From an uncultured Verrucomicrobiales bacterium (GTDB lineage: Bacteria > Verrucomicrobiota > Verrucomicrobiia > Verrucomicrobiales > DEV007): a DNA stretch of 29,672 nucleotides. The stretch's first letter is position 1. Each line of letters opens with the position of its first letter. The notes under the pieces were generated by a model that saw nothing but the letters and a program-made list of their open reading frames with translations, ran no database searches and had not been told where the DNA came from. The stretch covers positions 1 through 29,672 of the forward strand of contig CALKOM010000145.1 of the NCBI GenBank assembly GCA_938091905.1. Direction: 5' to 3'. Both the position numbers and the translations under genes were made by a program. Positions 1 to 8,898 of this stretch are shown one piece after another.

Positions 1-96
1 GCATCACGTCGGGAAAGATTGAAGGATTCAACAATCTTGTTTCAAGAGTGGTGCATCGGGCCTGCGGAATCACTAACATGGATTACGCATGGTTGA

Positions 97-729
97 AATT
101 TCGGCACCTCTCCATCCAGCAAACTTGACGGAGCGCCGAATATTGCGACTCTAACGGAGTCTGCAACTCGTATGAGGAGTACCATCGATTCCCTTCTTCT
201 ATTCGCTCAGGTCGGTCACGCAGAGATAGAAATCGACCCAATTAAGATGCGGGATTTGGCTGAGCAAGTGAAACGAAGTCTCAAACACGAGATCGAAGCC
301 AAGAGTGCTACGGTAACCGTAGAAGGTGATGATTGGCCGACAGCACTTGGGCACGAACCTTGGGTCGAGCAGGTGTGGTCGAACTACCTTTCCAATGCTC
401 TCAAATACGGTGGAATGCCTCCCAAGATCGTTCTCGGATGTAGTATGGGAAGCCATGGGGACCCTGAGTTCTGGGTCCAAAATAATGGTCCGGGCCTGAC
501 TGAAGCACAGTACGATAAGGTTTTCCGAGAGTTCGAGCGTTTCGACGGGGCGAAGAGTCAAGAAGGGCAAGGTTTGGGGCTTTCCATCGTGCGTCGAATC
601 GTGGAGAAGCTTGATGGCAAAGTAGGGCTCGAAAGTGCGCCGGGCCAAGGTAGTCGTTTCTACTTCACGTTGAAAGCCGAGTCTGGTCTTCGTAGGTGCG
701 ACGAGGCGAGCGTTGCGTTGCCCGGTTAA
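97..729 (+). pseudogene. Truncated sensor histidine kinase (end of HisKA plus complete HATPase_c); no H-box or sensor domain
   Basis: N-box (VWSNYLSNALKY), G1 (VQNNGPG), F-box (FREFER) and G2 (GQGLGLSIVRRIVE...G) are present, and ESATRMRSTIDSLL resembles the second HisKA helix. An in-frame TGA at 94-96 lies just upstream and no phospho-His box is seen in this frame. Confidence 0.7.
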
Positions 730-782
730 TCAATCCATTGCCAAACTTGCAGCGAGGGGTCTGTTCAGGTAAAGCATCTTCC

Positions 783-1733
783 ATGTCTGAAGATTCCAAT
801 GTGTTCCGCGGGTGCATCCCCGCACTCATGACCCCTTGCCGGGAAGATCGGCAGCCTGATTTCGGCGCACTTGTTGCAACTGCGCAGTCATTGATTTCTG
901 CAGGTATGCGTGGCGTCGTCTATTGTGGATCAATGGGGGACTGGCCGCTGCTTACCGATGACCAGAGACAAGAGGGCGTGCGTCTTCTTGTTGAAGCGGG
1001 AATTCCGGTTGTCGTTGGAACCGGTGCACAGAACCCAGCTGCTGCCGCTGGTCATGCCTTGCATGCTCGCGAAGTGGGAGCCGCTGGTCTGATGGTCATT
1101 CCGCGAGTCCTTTCTCGGGGAACTTCAGTAGCTGCGCAACGAGCTCACTTTGCCCAGATCCTCGAAGCGGGCAGCGGCCTGCCGGCAGTGATCTATAACA
1201 GTCCTTTTTACGGTTTCGAAACAAAGGCAGATCTCTTCTTTGATCTTCGCAATGACTATCCAAACTTGGTAGGCTTCAAGGAGTTCGGTGGTGCCACGTC
1301 TCTCAGCTATGCTTCAGAGCACATCACAAGCGGGGATCCTGACTTAACGCTCATGGTAGGCGTCGATACCCAAGTATACCATGGCTTTGTTCATTGCGGC
1401 GCAGCTGGCGCTATCACGGGCGTAGGGAATGCTTTGCCTAATGAGGTGCTACGTTTTGTAGATCTTTGTGAGAACGCTGCACGTGGAGATGCGGACTCAC
1501 GACGATTAGCTCAAGAGCTGGAAGAAGCCTTTGCCGTCCTTGCGACCTTCGATGAGGGGCCAGACCTCGTGCTTTACTATAAGCAGCTCATGGTTCTCGA
1601 AGGGCACGATAGTTACAGACTTCACTTCAATGAAACGGACGCTCTCAGCGTCAGCCAACAAGCTTTCCTGGAATCGCAGTGGCAACAATTCCGAGATTGG
1701 TGGAGTCAATGGCCTGGAGCCGCTGAACTCTGA
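783..1733 (+). CDS. lhpC: DapA-family lyase, likely 1-pyrroline-4-hydroxy-2-carboxylate deaminase (hydroxyproline catabolism)
   Basis: FRGCIPALMTPC, VVYCGSMGDWPLL (GSMGD in place of DapA GTTGE), GLMVIPRVLSRG, IYNSP, Schiff-base Lys in GFKEFGG and FDEGPDLVLYYK closely match Pseudomonas LhpC as I recall it. ATG at 783 is chosen over the longer ORF start at 696. Confidence 0.8.
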   Translation: MSEDSNVFRGCIPALMTPCREDRQPDFGALVATAQSLISAGMRGVVYCGSMGDWPLLTDDQRQEGVRLLVEAGIPVVVGTGAQNPAAAAGHALHAREVGAAGLMVIPRVLSRGTSVAAQRAHFAQILEAGSGLPAVIYNSPFYGFETKADLFFDLRNDYPNLVGFKEFGGATSLSYASEHITSGDPDLTLMVGVDTQVYHGFVHCGAAGAITGVGNALPNEVLRFVDLCENAARGDADSRRLAQELEEAFAVLATFDEGPDLVLYYKQLMVLEGHDSYRLHFNETDALSVSQQAFLESQWQQFRDWWSQWPGAAEL

Positions 1734-1777
1734 CAACTTGGTGCGTTCGACAGGAACTAGTCGTTGTTCGCATCCGG

Positions 1778-3521
1778 CTACTCCGCCGCCAGTGGCAGAC
1801 GGTAGAGGCGGTCGGCACTGCAAGCGTAGAGGAAGTTATGGGAGATTGCTAGGCTCACTGTTTCCTTCTCTTGCAGCTTTGGTAAGATCCCTCGCACACG
1901 GCCATTGGCGTCGATGACTTGAATGCCCGCATGGGAGGTGACATAGAGTTCTTCCGCGGTCGAAACCACCATTCCGTCGCCACCGCTATCTTCACGGTAG
2001 TTGTCGATCGGGAGAGTGGTAAAGCGCTCTCCACCACGTAATTCACCTTCTGATAAGAGTGGATATCGCTAAACATGCTTGCCGCCATACTCACTCAGGC
2101 AAAATAGGTCTTCGTTAGGGCTTAACGCGATTCCGTTGGGTGTGACGATGCCGCCTGCAAATACGGGTGGTCTTGATAAGCCCATTGCGCTCAGTGGGCA
2201 GCGATTGACAGTCCCAGCTCTGGTATCCGTGACCTAGATCGTGCCAGTCTTGGAAGAAACCACCAGGTCGTTCGGATTGAGTTCGTTAGCTACGGTCTCG
2301 ATCGCCTTCGTTTTGAGGTCTATCCTAATCAAGCGTTTGGTCTTGTCGCCACCTTTTCCTTGCACCGCAGCATAGAGTCCGCCATCCGGCCCCAGATCGA
2401 GCCCACTGATCTTGGGGCCGCCTTTATTTAGAAAGCGTACGGGTGGACTGGATGTGCCATCGTATTAAAAAACGGATCCCGAAGGAAAGTCACTGAAATA
2501 GACTCCACCTTGATCGGGATGACTGTACGCTCCGTCCGTAAACTCGTAGCCTCGACCTACTTTTTCCAAAGTTGCGGCCAAGGCCTTGGGCTGTTCCTTG
2601 GAGCGTAACAAACCCTGCCAATCTCTCCAAAGCCATCGGAGTGAATCCGGGAGAATGGCTCCTCCATGTTCTCCATTGCAGTCTACCATCTCCGCAGACG
2701 AAGCGGTGATGGTAGATTGCAAATCCCAGGGATTGGGCCATTTGGAGATTGGCAAGCGGCCAGCCTCCGTGACCGTTGTTCAGGTCATAGGCTCCGTCTT
2801 GTAAAAAGACACGGATCGGCTTGAGCTTTGTTTTCCGAATTAGGGCAGGGTAGACATGGCCACCACGAATGTTGGTGAAACTACCAATGTGGCTAAGAAC
2901 CTTGCCAAACTGATCGGGACGTTCCTAGGCGGCCGTCCAGGCACAGATACCTCCGGAACTCATACCGCAGATAGCGCGTTTACTTGGAGCCTGACTCAAG
3001 TTGACCTTTTAGGTAGTTTCCACATGGGGCAGCAGTTCATCAGCAAGGAAACCGGCATAGTCACTACGAGGCGTGTCATACTCGACGCTTCTGTTTGATC
3101 GCTTGCCCCAGCCGTTTTCATTAGGCTTTTTCACTCCTCGATGGCCCGGATTGACGAAGAGTGCAATTGTCGTCGGCATGGATCCTGTCACGATGAGATT
3201 ATCGAAGACAATTGGTACACACATTTGCCCAGATTCACATACATAGGCATGACCATCCTGAAAGACCATGAGTGCCGCTGACGTTTCGCTTGTGTAAGCC
3301 TTAGGAATTTAGAGCCAGCATGCTCGCGAAGTGCCCTCGTATATTTTAGATGTCGCAAACTCAAAATGAATGAGTTGTCCAGCTTCAACCTCTGGTGCTC
3401 GATGAGTGGATTCGTTTGACAAAGAGTAGTCATCCACCGCTAGACAAGTGAGTGAGGAAACGATCAAAAGGCATGCTAGTGTAGACACCAATATGCGAGG
3501 ACCATGTCGGGCTCGTCTCAA
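1778..3521 (-). pseudogene. Decayed secreted fusion of an enterochelin-esterase-like alpha/beta hydrolase and an SMP-30/gluconolactonase beta-propeller
   Basis: Reading across breaks gives a signal peptide, then ALMVFQDGHAY, NRSVEYD, RAICGMSSGGICAWTAA (GxSxG nucleophile), SHIGSFTNIRGG, VFLQDG, HGGAILPDSLRWLWRD, followed by propeller motifs YEFTDG, VYFSD, PNDLVV, PNGIALSP, LYVTSHAGIQV. In-frame stops occur at 3309-3311, 3009-3011, 2925-2927, 2465-2467 and 2234-2236, plus frameshifts. Confidence 0.85.
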
Positions 3522-3537
3522 GTTGGCAAGGCTCTGG

Positions 3538-4101
3538 TCAATCAGCGGTCGGCCATACGACGGGCGCTACTTTCTCGTGGCCTGCGGAGTCGAAGAATTT
3601 TACCAAGCCATGAGCCACGCCGTATTCATGCACGAGCTTCGTCACTTTCACATCGAAACAGCAATAGCGCGCGATCTCCATGATCTTGCCTTCACGCCAC
3701 CACTTAATGGCTTGCAGTCCCTCGGCGGTCTTGCCACAGCCAAGAGAGGCTTCAGCAATCTTGTCCAGCTTGGGACGGTGATTGATCGCCTCGTCCAGGT
3801 AAGAGCAAAGATCTAGACTTGCTACTTGGCTTGGAAGATCCAGGCAAGTGTAGCCCATCAGAACCTGGTAGTCGAAATTGATGTGGTTATAACCGATCAC
3901 CAGGTCAGCCCGTCGAAGCTGATCGATGAGTGCATCAACATCCCTCTCCCCGAAAATACGGTAGTCTCCCGAGGCCGTGCTATAGGTCACGCCTACCGAC
4001 ATTCCCATGTCACACTTCTTGTCCCAGCCGCCTACATCCCCGGCGGAGCGCTGTGTTTCGAGGTCAAAGTAGACGAAATCCTTCGGCATGGGGAATGCCA
4101 T
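3538..4101 (-). CDS. Stand-alone RNase H-like (RNase_H_2/YprB-like) DEDDy 3'-5' exonuclease
   Basis: ExoI FDLET, ExoII GYNHINFDY and ExoIII YCCFDV are all intact. The start may be 4089 (MPKDF). Confidence 0.75.
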   Translation of the reverse strand: MAFPMPKDFVYFDLETQRSAGDVGGWDKKCDMGMSVGVTYSTASGDYRIFGERDVDALIDQLRRADLVIGYNHINFDYQVLMGYTCLDLPSQVASLDLCSYLDEAINHRPKLDKIAEASLGCGKTAEGLQAIKWWREGKIMEIARYCCFDVKVTKLVHEYGVAHGLVKFFDSAGHEKVAPVVWPTAD

Positions 4102-4268
4102 AGCGGCAAGCTCTCTTGGATGCCATACATTTCTGATTGGGCCTGAAACGAAGATTTGCCGCGAGTAGAAGGCCCGATGGAATTTGTAATGGTATCCTTA
4201 GGGACCCACCCTAGGTTCAGATCTGTAGCCCAAAGGGTAAACTTAATATTTCAGCCTATCTGACACAC

Positions 4269-5207
4269 ATGAAAAGCAACTTCCTTGTTCCTGCCTCCGC
4301 GATTCTCGCCACATGCGCACTCACATTCTCGGTTTCGGCTGAGGAGAAGACGATCAAACTCAAACAGGCTCTCCCTGCAGGGAAGAAGATTCATCAATCG
4401 ATGGTGATGAATCAGAAGATGAAGATGGGAGGTGCTCCCGGCGCTCCAGCAGGTGGTATGAATATCACGAACAAGATGACCATAGGAATGAGCATGGACA
4501 TCAACAAGCACGAGGAGAAAAAGAAGAGGATGATCCTCAAATACGAAGAGATCAGCATGGCGGTCGACACCGGCTTGTTTCCTAAGCAAGAATTCAGTTC
4601 GAAAGATCCGGAAGGCCCATTCAAAGGACTAGCCGACCATCCAGTGACCCTGATCTACGATGAGAAGGACCAAATAGTATCAGTTGAAGGTGCCGACGAA
4701 CTTGTAGACGGTGCCGAGAATCAGCCAGTGGTAGGCGAGATGCTCAAGCAAATTCTGGGAGAAGACCAGCTCAAGCAAACGATGAATCAGATGATGGTTC
4801 AAATGATTCCTGACAAGGTGCTGAAGATTGGGGATTCCTGGCCGTACGAGATGAAAGTTCCCATGCCGCAGGGGATGGGCGAGATGACGATGAAGGGCAA
4901 GTATACCCTAAAGAAGTTTGATAAGTTCGAGGGCCACGATTGTGCTGTTCTCACGATGGTTGGAGGCATCGATTCGGATGAAAAGGTCAAGATGGAAACG
5001 AATGGACAGCAGGTTGAGATCGAGTTTAAAGACTCGCAGTTCGAAGCAGACATCTACTTCGACAACAAGCTTGGACTCACTCGCAAGACGAATATGCTAA
5101 CCATGATGAACATGGCCATGACGATACCCGCTCTCGGCATGAACATGACGATGGACATGAACATGACGATGACCTCAAAGGTCACGAAGGTAGAAGACTC
5201 TAAATAG
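4269..5207 (+). CDS. Secreted Met-rich beta-strand protein (DUF6263-like)
   Basis: Signal peptide ending SVSA-EE, KIGDSW and GKYTL...AVL patterns, and YFDNKLG near the C-terminus. About 34 of 312 residues are Met by my count. Confidence 0.65.
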   Translation: MKSNFLVPASAILATCALTFSVSAEEKTIKLKQALPAGKKIHQSMVMNQKMKMGGAPGAPAGGMNITNKMTIGMSMDINKHEEKKKRMILKYEEISMAVDTGLFPKQEFSSKDPEGPFKGLADHPVTLIYDEKDQIVSVEGADELVDGAENQPVVGEMLKQILGEDQLKQTMNQMMVQMIPDKVLKIGDSWPYEMKVPMPQGMGEMTMKGKYTLKKFDKFEGHDCAVLTMVGGIDSDEKVKMETNGQQVEIEFKDSQFEADIYFDNKLGLTRKTNMLTMMNMAMTIPALGMNMTMDMNMTMTSKVTKVEDSK

Positions 5208-5229
5208 GCCATCTGCCAAGCACTTTACG

Positions 5230-5263
5230 AGGGCCCGCTGTTGATTTCAGCGGGCCCTTTTTT
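5230..5263 (+). terminator. Rho-independent terminator
   Basis: Perfect 11-bp stem AGGGCCCGCTG/CAGCGGGCCCT with a 7-nt loop, running into a T6 tract, 22 nt after the stop codon. Confidence 0.9.
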
Positions 5264-5325
5264 GTCTCCCCTAGGAGTAGAAATTCTCTCGACCTTTACG
5301 ACTGTGCAAGGCAGGATGCGCGGCG

Positions 5326-6858
5326 ATGATGTTCATCAAAGTTAGCTCAGCGGCCCTCGTTGGAATCGATGCTCGCGAGGTCGAGATCGAGGTCAATGAG
5401 GGTGGCAATAGCCCCAAGATCGTCATCGTTGGATTGCCAGACGCTGCCGTGCGGGAGAGCAGAGATCGTTTTGTCACCGCGATGCTAAATAGTGGCTTTA
5501 TTAGCCCAAAGGGGCACACGACGATCAATCTCGCCCCGGCCGATCTAAAAAAAGAAGGGCCTAGTTTCGACCTGCCAATTGCGCTCGCCGCGATTGGCCT
5601 CCGTAGTGAATACTCTCAGAATACTAACGACTTTCTCATCTCCGGAGAACTCTCGCTTGATGGTAAGGTAAGACCCGTAAAGGGCGCATTGAGCATCGCT
5701 TTAGAAGCACGTCGATTGGGCAAGCGAGGTGTCATCCTTCCGGCCGCGAATGGTCATGAAGCTGCCCGCGTCAGTGGCGTCGAGGTTTACGGAGTGGCAA
5801 CGCTTCGCGAGGCACACGACCTCCTGATGGAGGATCCTTTATGTGCTCCGATAGACCCAGCCATGTTCGCCCATGAAGTGGTGGCGAATTACCCGGTCGA
5901 CTTTGCTGAAGTGAAAGGCCAGGTTCACGTGAAGCGCTCTCTCGAAGTCGCGGTTGCCGGAGGTCACAACCTTCTCATGCTCGGACCTCCCGGAACCGGA
6001 AAGTCCATGCTGGCCAAGCGCATTCCTTCGATCATCCCTCTGATGTCCGAAGATGAGGCCATCGAGGTCACCAAGATTCATAGCATCTGTGGCATGTTAG
6101 ATGAGGAGAGTGGATTCCTCACCACACGCCCATTTCGTTCTCCCCACCACACCATTTCCGATGCGGGATTGTTAGGTGGTTCCAGCAATCCCAATCCGGG
6201 CGAGATCAGCCTAGCGCACCATGGCGTGCTCTTCCTCGATGAGCTCCCCGAGTTTCGCCGTTCTACCTTGGAGGTGATGCGACAGCCCCTAGAGGATGGC
6301 AAAGTCACTATTTCAAGGGCCTCTGGCAGCATGACTTTTCCTGCACAATTCATGCTCGTCGCTGCCATGAACCCTTGTCCCTGTGGCTACTATGGCGATC
6401 TCAAACGCGAATGCCGTTGTGGCCCCGTGCAAGTGCAACGCTACCGTCAACGCATCAGCGGGCCTCTATTAGACCGGATAGATTTGCACGTGGAGGTCCC
6501 CTTGATCGACTACAAAGAACTCGCCGCCTCCGAGACAGGTGAAAGCTCTGCTGTCATTCGTGAAAGAGTAGGCAACGCAAGAGAAGTCCAGCGAGCTCGT
6601 TTCGCAGACAACGAGGGCGTCGTCTGCAACAGCGCCATGCAGCCACGTCAACTCAAACAATGGTGCCAGCTCGATAGAGAAGGCGGCCAGTACCTTGACC
6701 ACGCCATGAACGAAATGGATCTCAGCGCCCGTGCCTACGACCGCATTCTCAAGGTCGCCCGCACCCTAGCAGACCTCGATGCTGACGATAGTATTGCTGC
6801 CAACCACGTGCTTGAGGCGATCCAGTACCGTTCGTTGGATCGCGATTTGTGGAGTTAG
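5326..6858 (+). CDS. comM: YifB/ComM family Mg-chelatase-like AAA+ ATPase
   Basis: [34 protein letters not shown], Walker [17 protein letters not shown], Walker [23 protein letters not shown] and [18 protein letters not shown]. Confidence 0.93.
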   Translation: MMFIKVSSAALVGIDAREVEIEVNEGGNSPKIVIVGLPDAAVRESRDRFVTAMLNSGFISPKGHTTINLAPADLKKEGPSFDLPIALAAIGLRSEYSQNTNDFLISGELSLDGKVRPVKGALSIALEARRLGKRGVILPAANGHEAARVSGVEVYGVATLREAHDLLMEDPLCAPIDPAMFAHEVVANYPVDFAEVKGQVHVKRSLEVAVAGGHNLLMLGPPGTGKSMLAKRIPSIIPLMSEDEAIEVTKIHSICGMLDEESGFLTTRPFRSPHHTISDAGLLGGSSNPNPGEISLAHHGVLFLDELPEFRRSTLEVMRQPLEDGKVTISRASGSMTFPAQFMLVAAMNPCPCGYYGDLKRECRCGPVQVQRYRQRISGPLLDRIDLHVEVPLIDYKELAASETGESSAVIRERVGNAREVQRARFADNEGVVCNSAMQPRQLKQWCQLDREGGQYLDHAMNEMDLSARAYDRILKVARTLADLDADDSIAANHVLEAIQYRSLDRDLWS

Positions 6859-6874
6859 CGGACATAGTCAAACG

Positions 6875-6898
6875 ACGGTCTCAATCGCTTGAAACCGT
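6875..6898. terminator. Possible hairpin terminator between convergent comM and the desulfhydrase gene
   Basis: ACGGTCTCAA-tcgc-TTGAAACCGT pairs 9 of 10 positions (the mismatch is G-U on the minus-strand RNA). U tracts are short. Confidence 0.4.
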
Positions 6899-6911
6899 TT
6901 GCAGGATGGTA

Positions 6912-7907
6912 TCAATTCATGTCTCGTAGCTCCTTGGCGTAGGCAAACAATGCGGGCGCTCCTCCAGTATGCCAGAAGAGAACGGTGTGTTCTGAGGTGA
7001 ACTTTCCTTTCCGAATTAAATCGATGAGACCCGCCACCGCGCGCCCTGTATAGACCGGCCCGACAAAGATTCCTTCGTGCTGGGCCAACAGCATGGTGGC
7101 TTCTTTCTCAACTGAACCAAGCACGCCGTAGCCGCCACCCAAGTAGTCGTCGTTTAAATGAAAATCTCGCTCATCGAATGACTCCTCTAGCCCAAATATC
7201 TTGGCACTTTCGTTTGCGATCCCTGCCATTTCGCTCTGATAGGAGGCTACTTGGTCCGCTGCCTGATCGATGCTAAGCCCCAAGATCTTTCCTTCGAATC
7301 CGAAGGCCCGTGCACCGATAGTTAGTCCTGCCTGGGTCCCACCAGAACTCGTCGCCACGATGATCGCATCAATGTCATTCCAATCTCCTGAGAACTGGTC
7401 CCGCAATTCTTTCATTGCCAATGCATAGCCAACAGCTCCTAGGCCATTAGAACCACCTAACGGAACGATGTAAGGCTTCCTTCCTTCCTCCTTGAGTTCA
7501 TCGCTGAGCGACGCCATCCTGGCATTGCGGTTCTCGGGCTGCACGTAATGCATCACCGCCCCACACAGCCAATCCAGGAGTGCGTTGCCATTGGGAACTT
7601 CGCCTTCTTCACCGCCTAACACGACATGACAGGCCATTCCCATTTGGGCAGAGGCAGCGGCAGTCAAACGGCAGTGATTGGATTGAGGGCCACCTGTGGT
7701 GATCACCGTGTCTGCTCCAGCTGCACGAGCGTCTGCGAGAAGAAACTCAAGCTTTCGCGTCTTGTTTCCACCGAACGCCAGCGTCGTTTGATCATCCCGT
7801 TTGATCCAGAGCTTGGGCGAGTCTTCGAATGCTGTCTCGAAGCGCTCTAACCGATGGAGTGGCGTGGGAAACGAGGACAAAGGGTAGCGAGGCGCTGTCA
7901 GTTGCAT
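6912..7907 (-). CDS. dcyD: PLP-dependent D-cysteine desulfhydrase/ACC deaminase family protein (desulfhydrase or cysteate sulfo-lyase type)
   Basis: PTPL, WIKRDD, GGNKTRKLEFL (PLP Lys), QSNHCR, GGSN, SSGGTQAGL, PVYTG and HTGG. Thr occupies both positions where true ACC deaminases carry Glu and Leu. Confidence 0.8.
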   Translation of the reverse strand: MQLTAPRYPLSSFPTPLHRLERFETAFEDSPKLWIKRDDQTTLAFGGNKTRKLEFLLADARAAGADTVITTGGPQSNHCRLTAAASAQMGMACHVVLGGEEGEVPNGNALLDWLCGAVMHYVQPENRNARMASLSDELKEEGRKPYIVPLGGSNGLGAVGYALAMKELRDQFSGDWNDIDAIIVATSSGGTQAGLTIGARAFGFEGKILGLSIDQAADQVASYQSEMAGIANESAKIFGLEESFDERDFHLNDDYLGGGYGVLGSVEKEATMLLAQHEGIFVGPVYTGRAVAGLIDLIRKGKFTSEHTVLFWHTGGAPALFAYAKELRDMN

Positions 7908-8103
7908 GATGATCTAGATGGGTTGCTCTGAGTTTAGCTGAGATTCTGATGCAACGGCGACCAATTGAAAGAGGAGAAGGCCTTGTCGATATTCACAGCT
8001 CTGGGCATCCCTGCCGCAAATATCCAGTTTCTCACAGTTCACTTTCAGGGGGCCGATTATCGGTGATCCACGCGATCACTGCTATTCAATAACGGCTACA
8101 CTG

Positions 8104-8137
8104 CGAAGGATTTCGTTGATATTACGAAATCCTTCGT
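8104..8137. promoter_or_regulatory. Candidate BlaI-type autoregulatory operator pair
   Basis: Perfect 13-bp inverted repeat CGAAGGATTTCGT-N7-ACGAAATCCTTCG, in which each arm is itself a CGAA-N4-TTCG palindrome. It surrounds a TTGATA -35-like hexamer immediately upstream of a BlaI remnant. Confidence 0.55.
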
Positions 8138-8140
8138 CGT

Positions 8141-8325
8141 ATGGGCAAAAGAGACTAAGACCGAAGGAAGCGGAATTGACGATCCTCAACGCTCTCTGGG
8201 ACAAAGGACCGAGCAAGGTGAGGCAGGTGTGCGACCGGCTCGCAGAGGCGAAGCCTACTAGTTACACCACATTGCTCAAGCTCTTGCAGATCATGATAAG
8301 CTCTTTATCCGATTGCGACAACTGA
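8141..8325 (+). pseudogene. Truncated BlaI/MecI/CopY family repressor (N-terminal wHTH part)
   Basis: RPKEAELTILNALWDKGPSKVRQV...SYTTLLKLLQIM matches the BlaI N-terminus. Similarity stops near 8295 (no KGLV wing, no dimerisation domain), the ATG at 8141 is out of frame, and no M56 peptidase gene follows. Confidence 0.8.
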
Positions 8326-8449
8326 GAGAACAGCTCAAAGGCATCCGTGAGTCGTTGCTAACGATATCCACTCCAAAACAGAACGAACCCTTACAAAGAT
8401 TCCTCGCTCATCCTGCTATTGGCGAAGATGGGAAAGGGGAGCTTGAATG

Positions 8450-8781
8450 CTACTCTTCGACATCAAGGGCAGCCATGCGTGAGTCAGTCACTTTGTAGGT
8501 ACAGACACCACCAATAATGATGGGATTACCGTTCCCATCGGCGACCGTGGTCTTGGAAATGTCGATGGTCTGCTGCTTCACGCTTACCTTCAGAACCTTG
8601 CGTCCCCATGGCGAGATAAAGTTTAGTCCAGGCTTCGTCAGAATCTTACTGAAACTTGCCCCAGAAGAGGACGATCTTCTATTCCTTCGGGTGGACGACC
8701 AACCAGCCCGCCAGAAACGTAATGGGAAAGAAGATAATACTAAGAACGATTGTTAGAATATTCGCCGTGATTAACGGCCAT
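8450..8781 (-). pseudogene. SPFH (band 7/stomatin/prohibitin) domain membrane protein remnant, N-terminal part
   Basis: Manual minus-strand translation: ILTIVLSIIFFPITFLAGWLVVHPKE*KIVLFWGKF, a frameshift, then SKILTKPGLNFISPWGRKVLKVSVKQQTIDISKTTVADGNGNPIIIGGVCTYKVTDSRMAALDVEE*. It is absent from the ORF track. Confidence 0.75.
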
Positions 8782-8898
8782 AAGGTTGATGTTCCGTTGT
8801 GTATTTACAAGAGGTGACTCGCATTGTAATCGGCGCCAAGGCGATTATCTTAGGATCATTGGCATTGCAATGATCGGTGATCTGCGAGAGGAAGAGCT

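Noticed and set aside
783..1733. Lysine-pathway dapA call
   Set aside because: It has GSMGD rather than GTTGE and overall resembles the LhpC subfamily.
1778..3521. Stop-codon reassignment (TAA/TAG at apparent Tyr and Trp positions in several broken genes)
   Set aside because: TAA, TAG and TGA all terminate intact genes in this window. The stops replace different amino acids, are single-base changes, and occur alongside frameshifts, so ordinary pseudogenisation explains them.
3538..6858. Anti-phage defence system made of nuclease plus ATPase
   Set aside because: The ATPase is ordinary ComM/YifB. The genes are on opposite strands and separated by an unrelated, terminated gene.
6912..7907. ACC deaminase (acdS) call
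   Set aside because: It lacks the diagnostic Glu and Leu residues and has PVYTG and HTGG instead.
7960..8070. Short + strand peptide ALSIFTALGIPAANIQFLTVHFQGADYR, faintly like a DUF1501 C-terminus or a PIG-L segment
   Set aside because: Too short and ambiguous to assign.
8782..8898. ZTP or THF riboswitch upstream of fhs
   Set aside because: No recognisable consensus elements were seen in this short leader. An Rfam cmscan would settle it.
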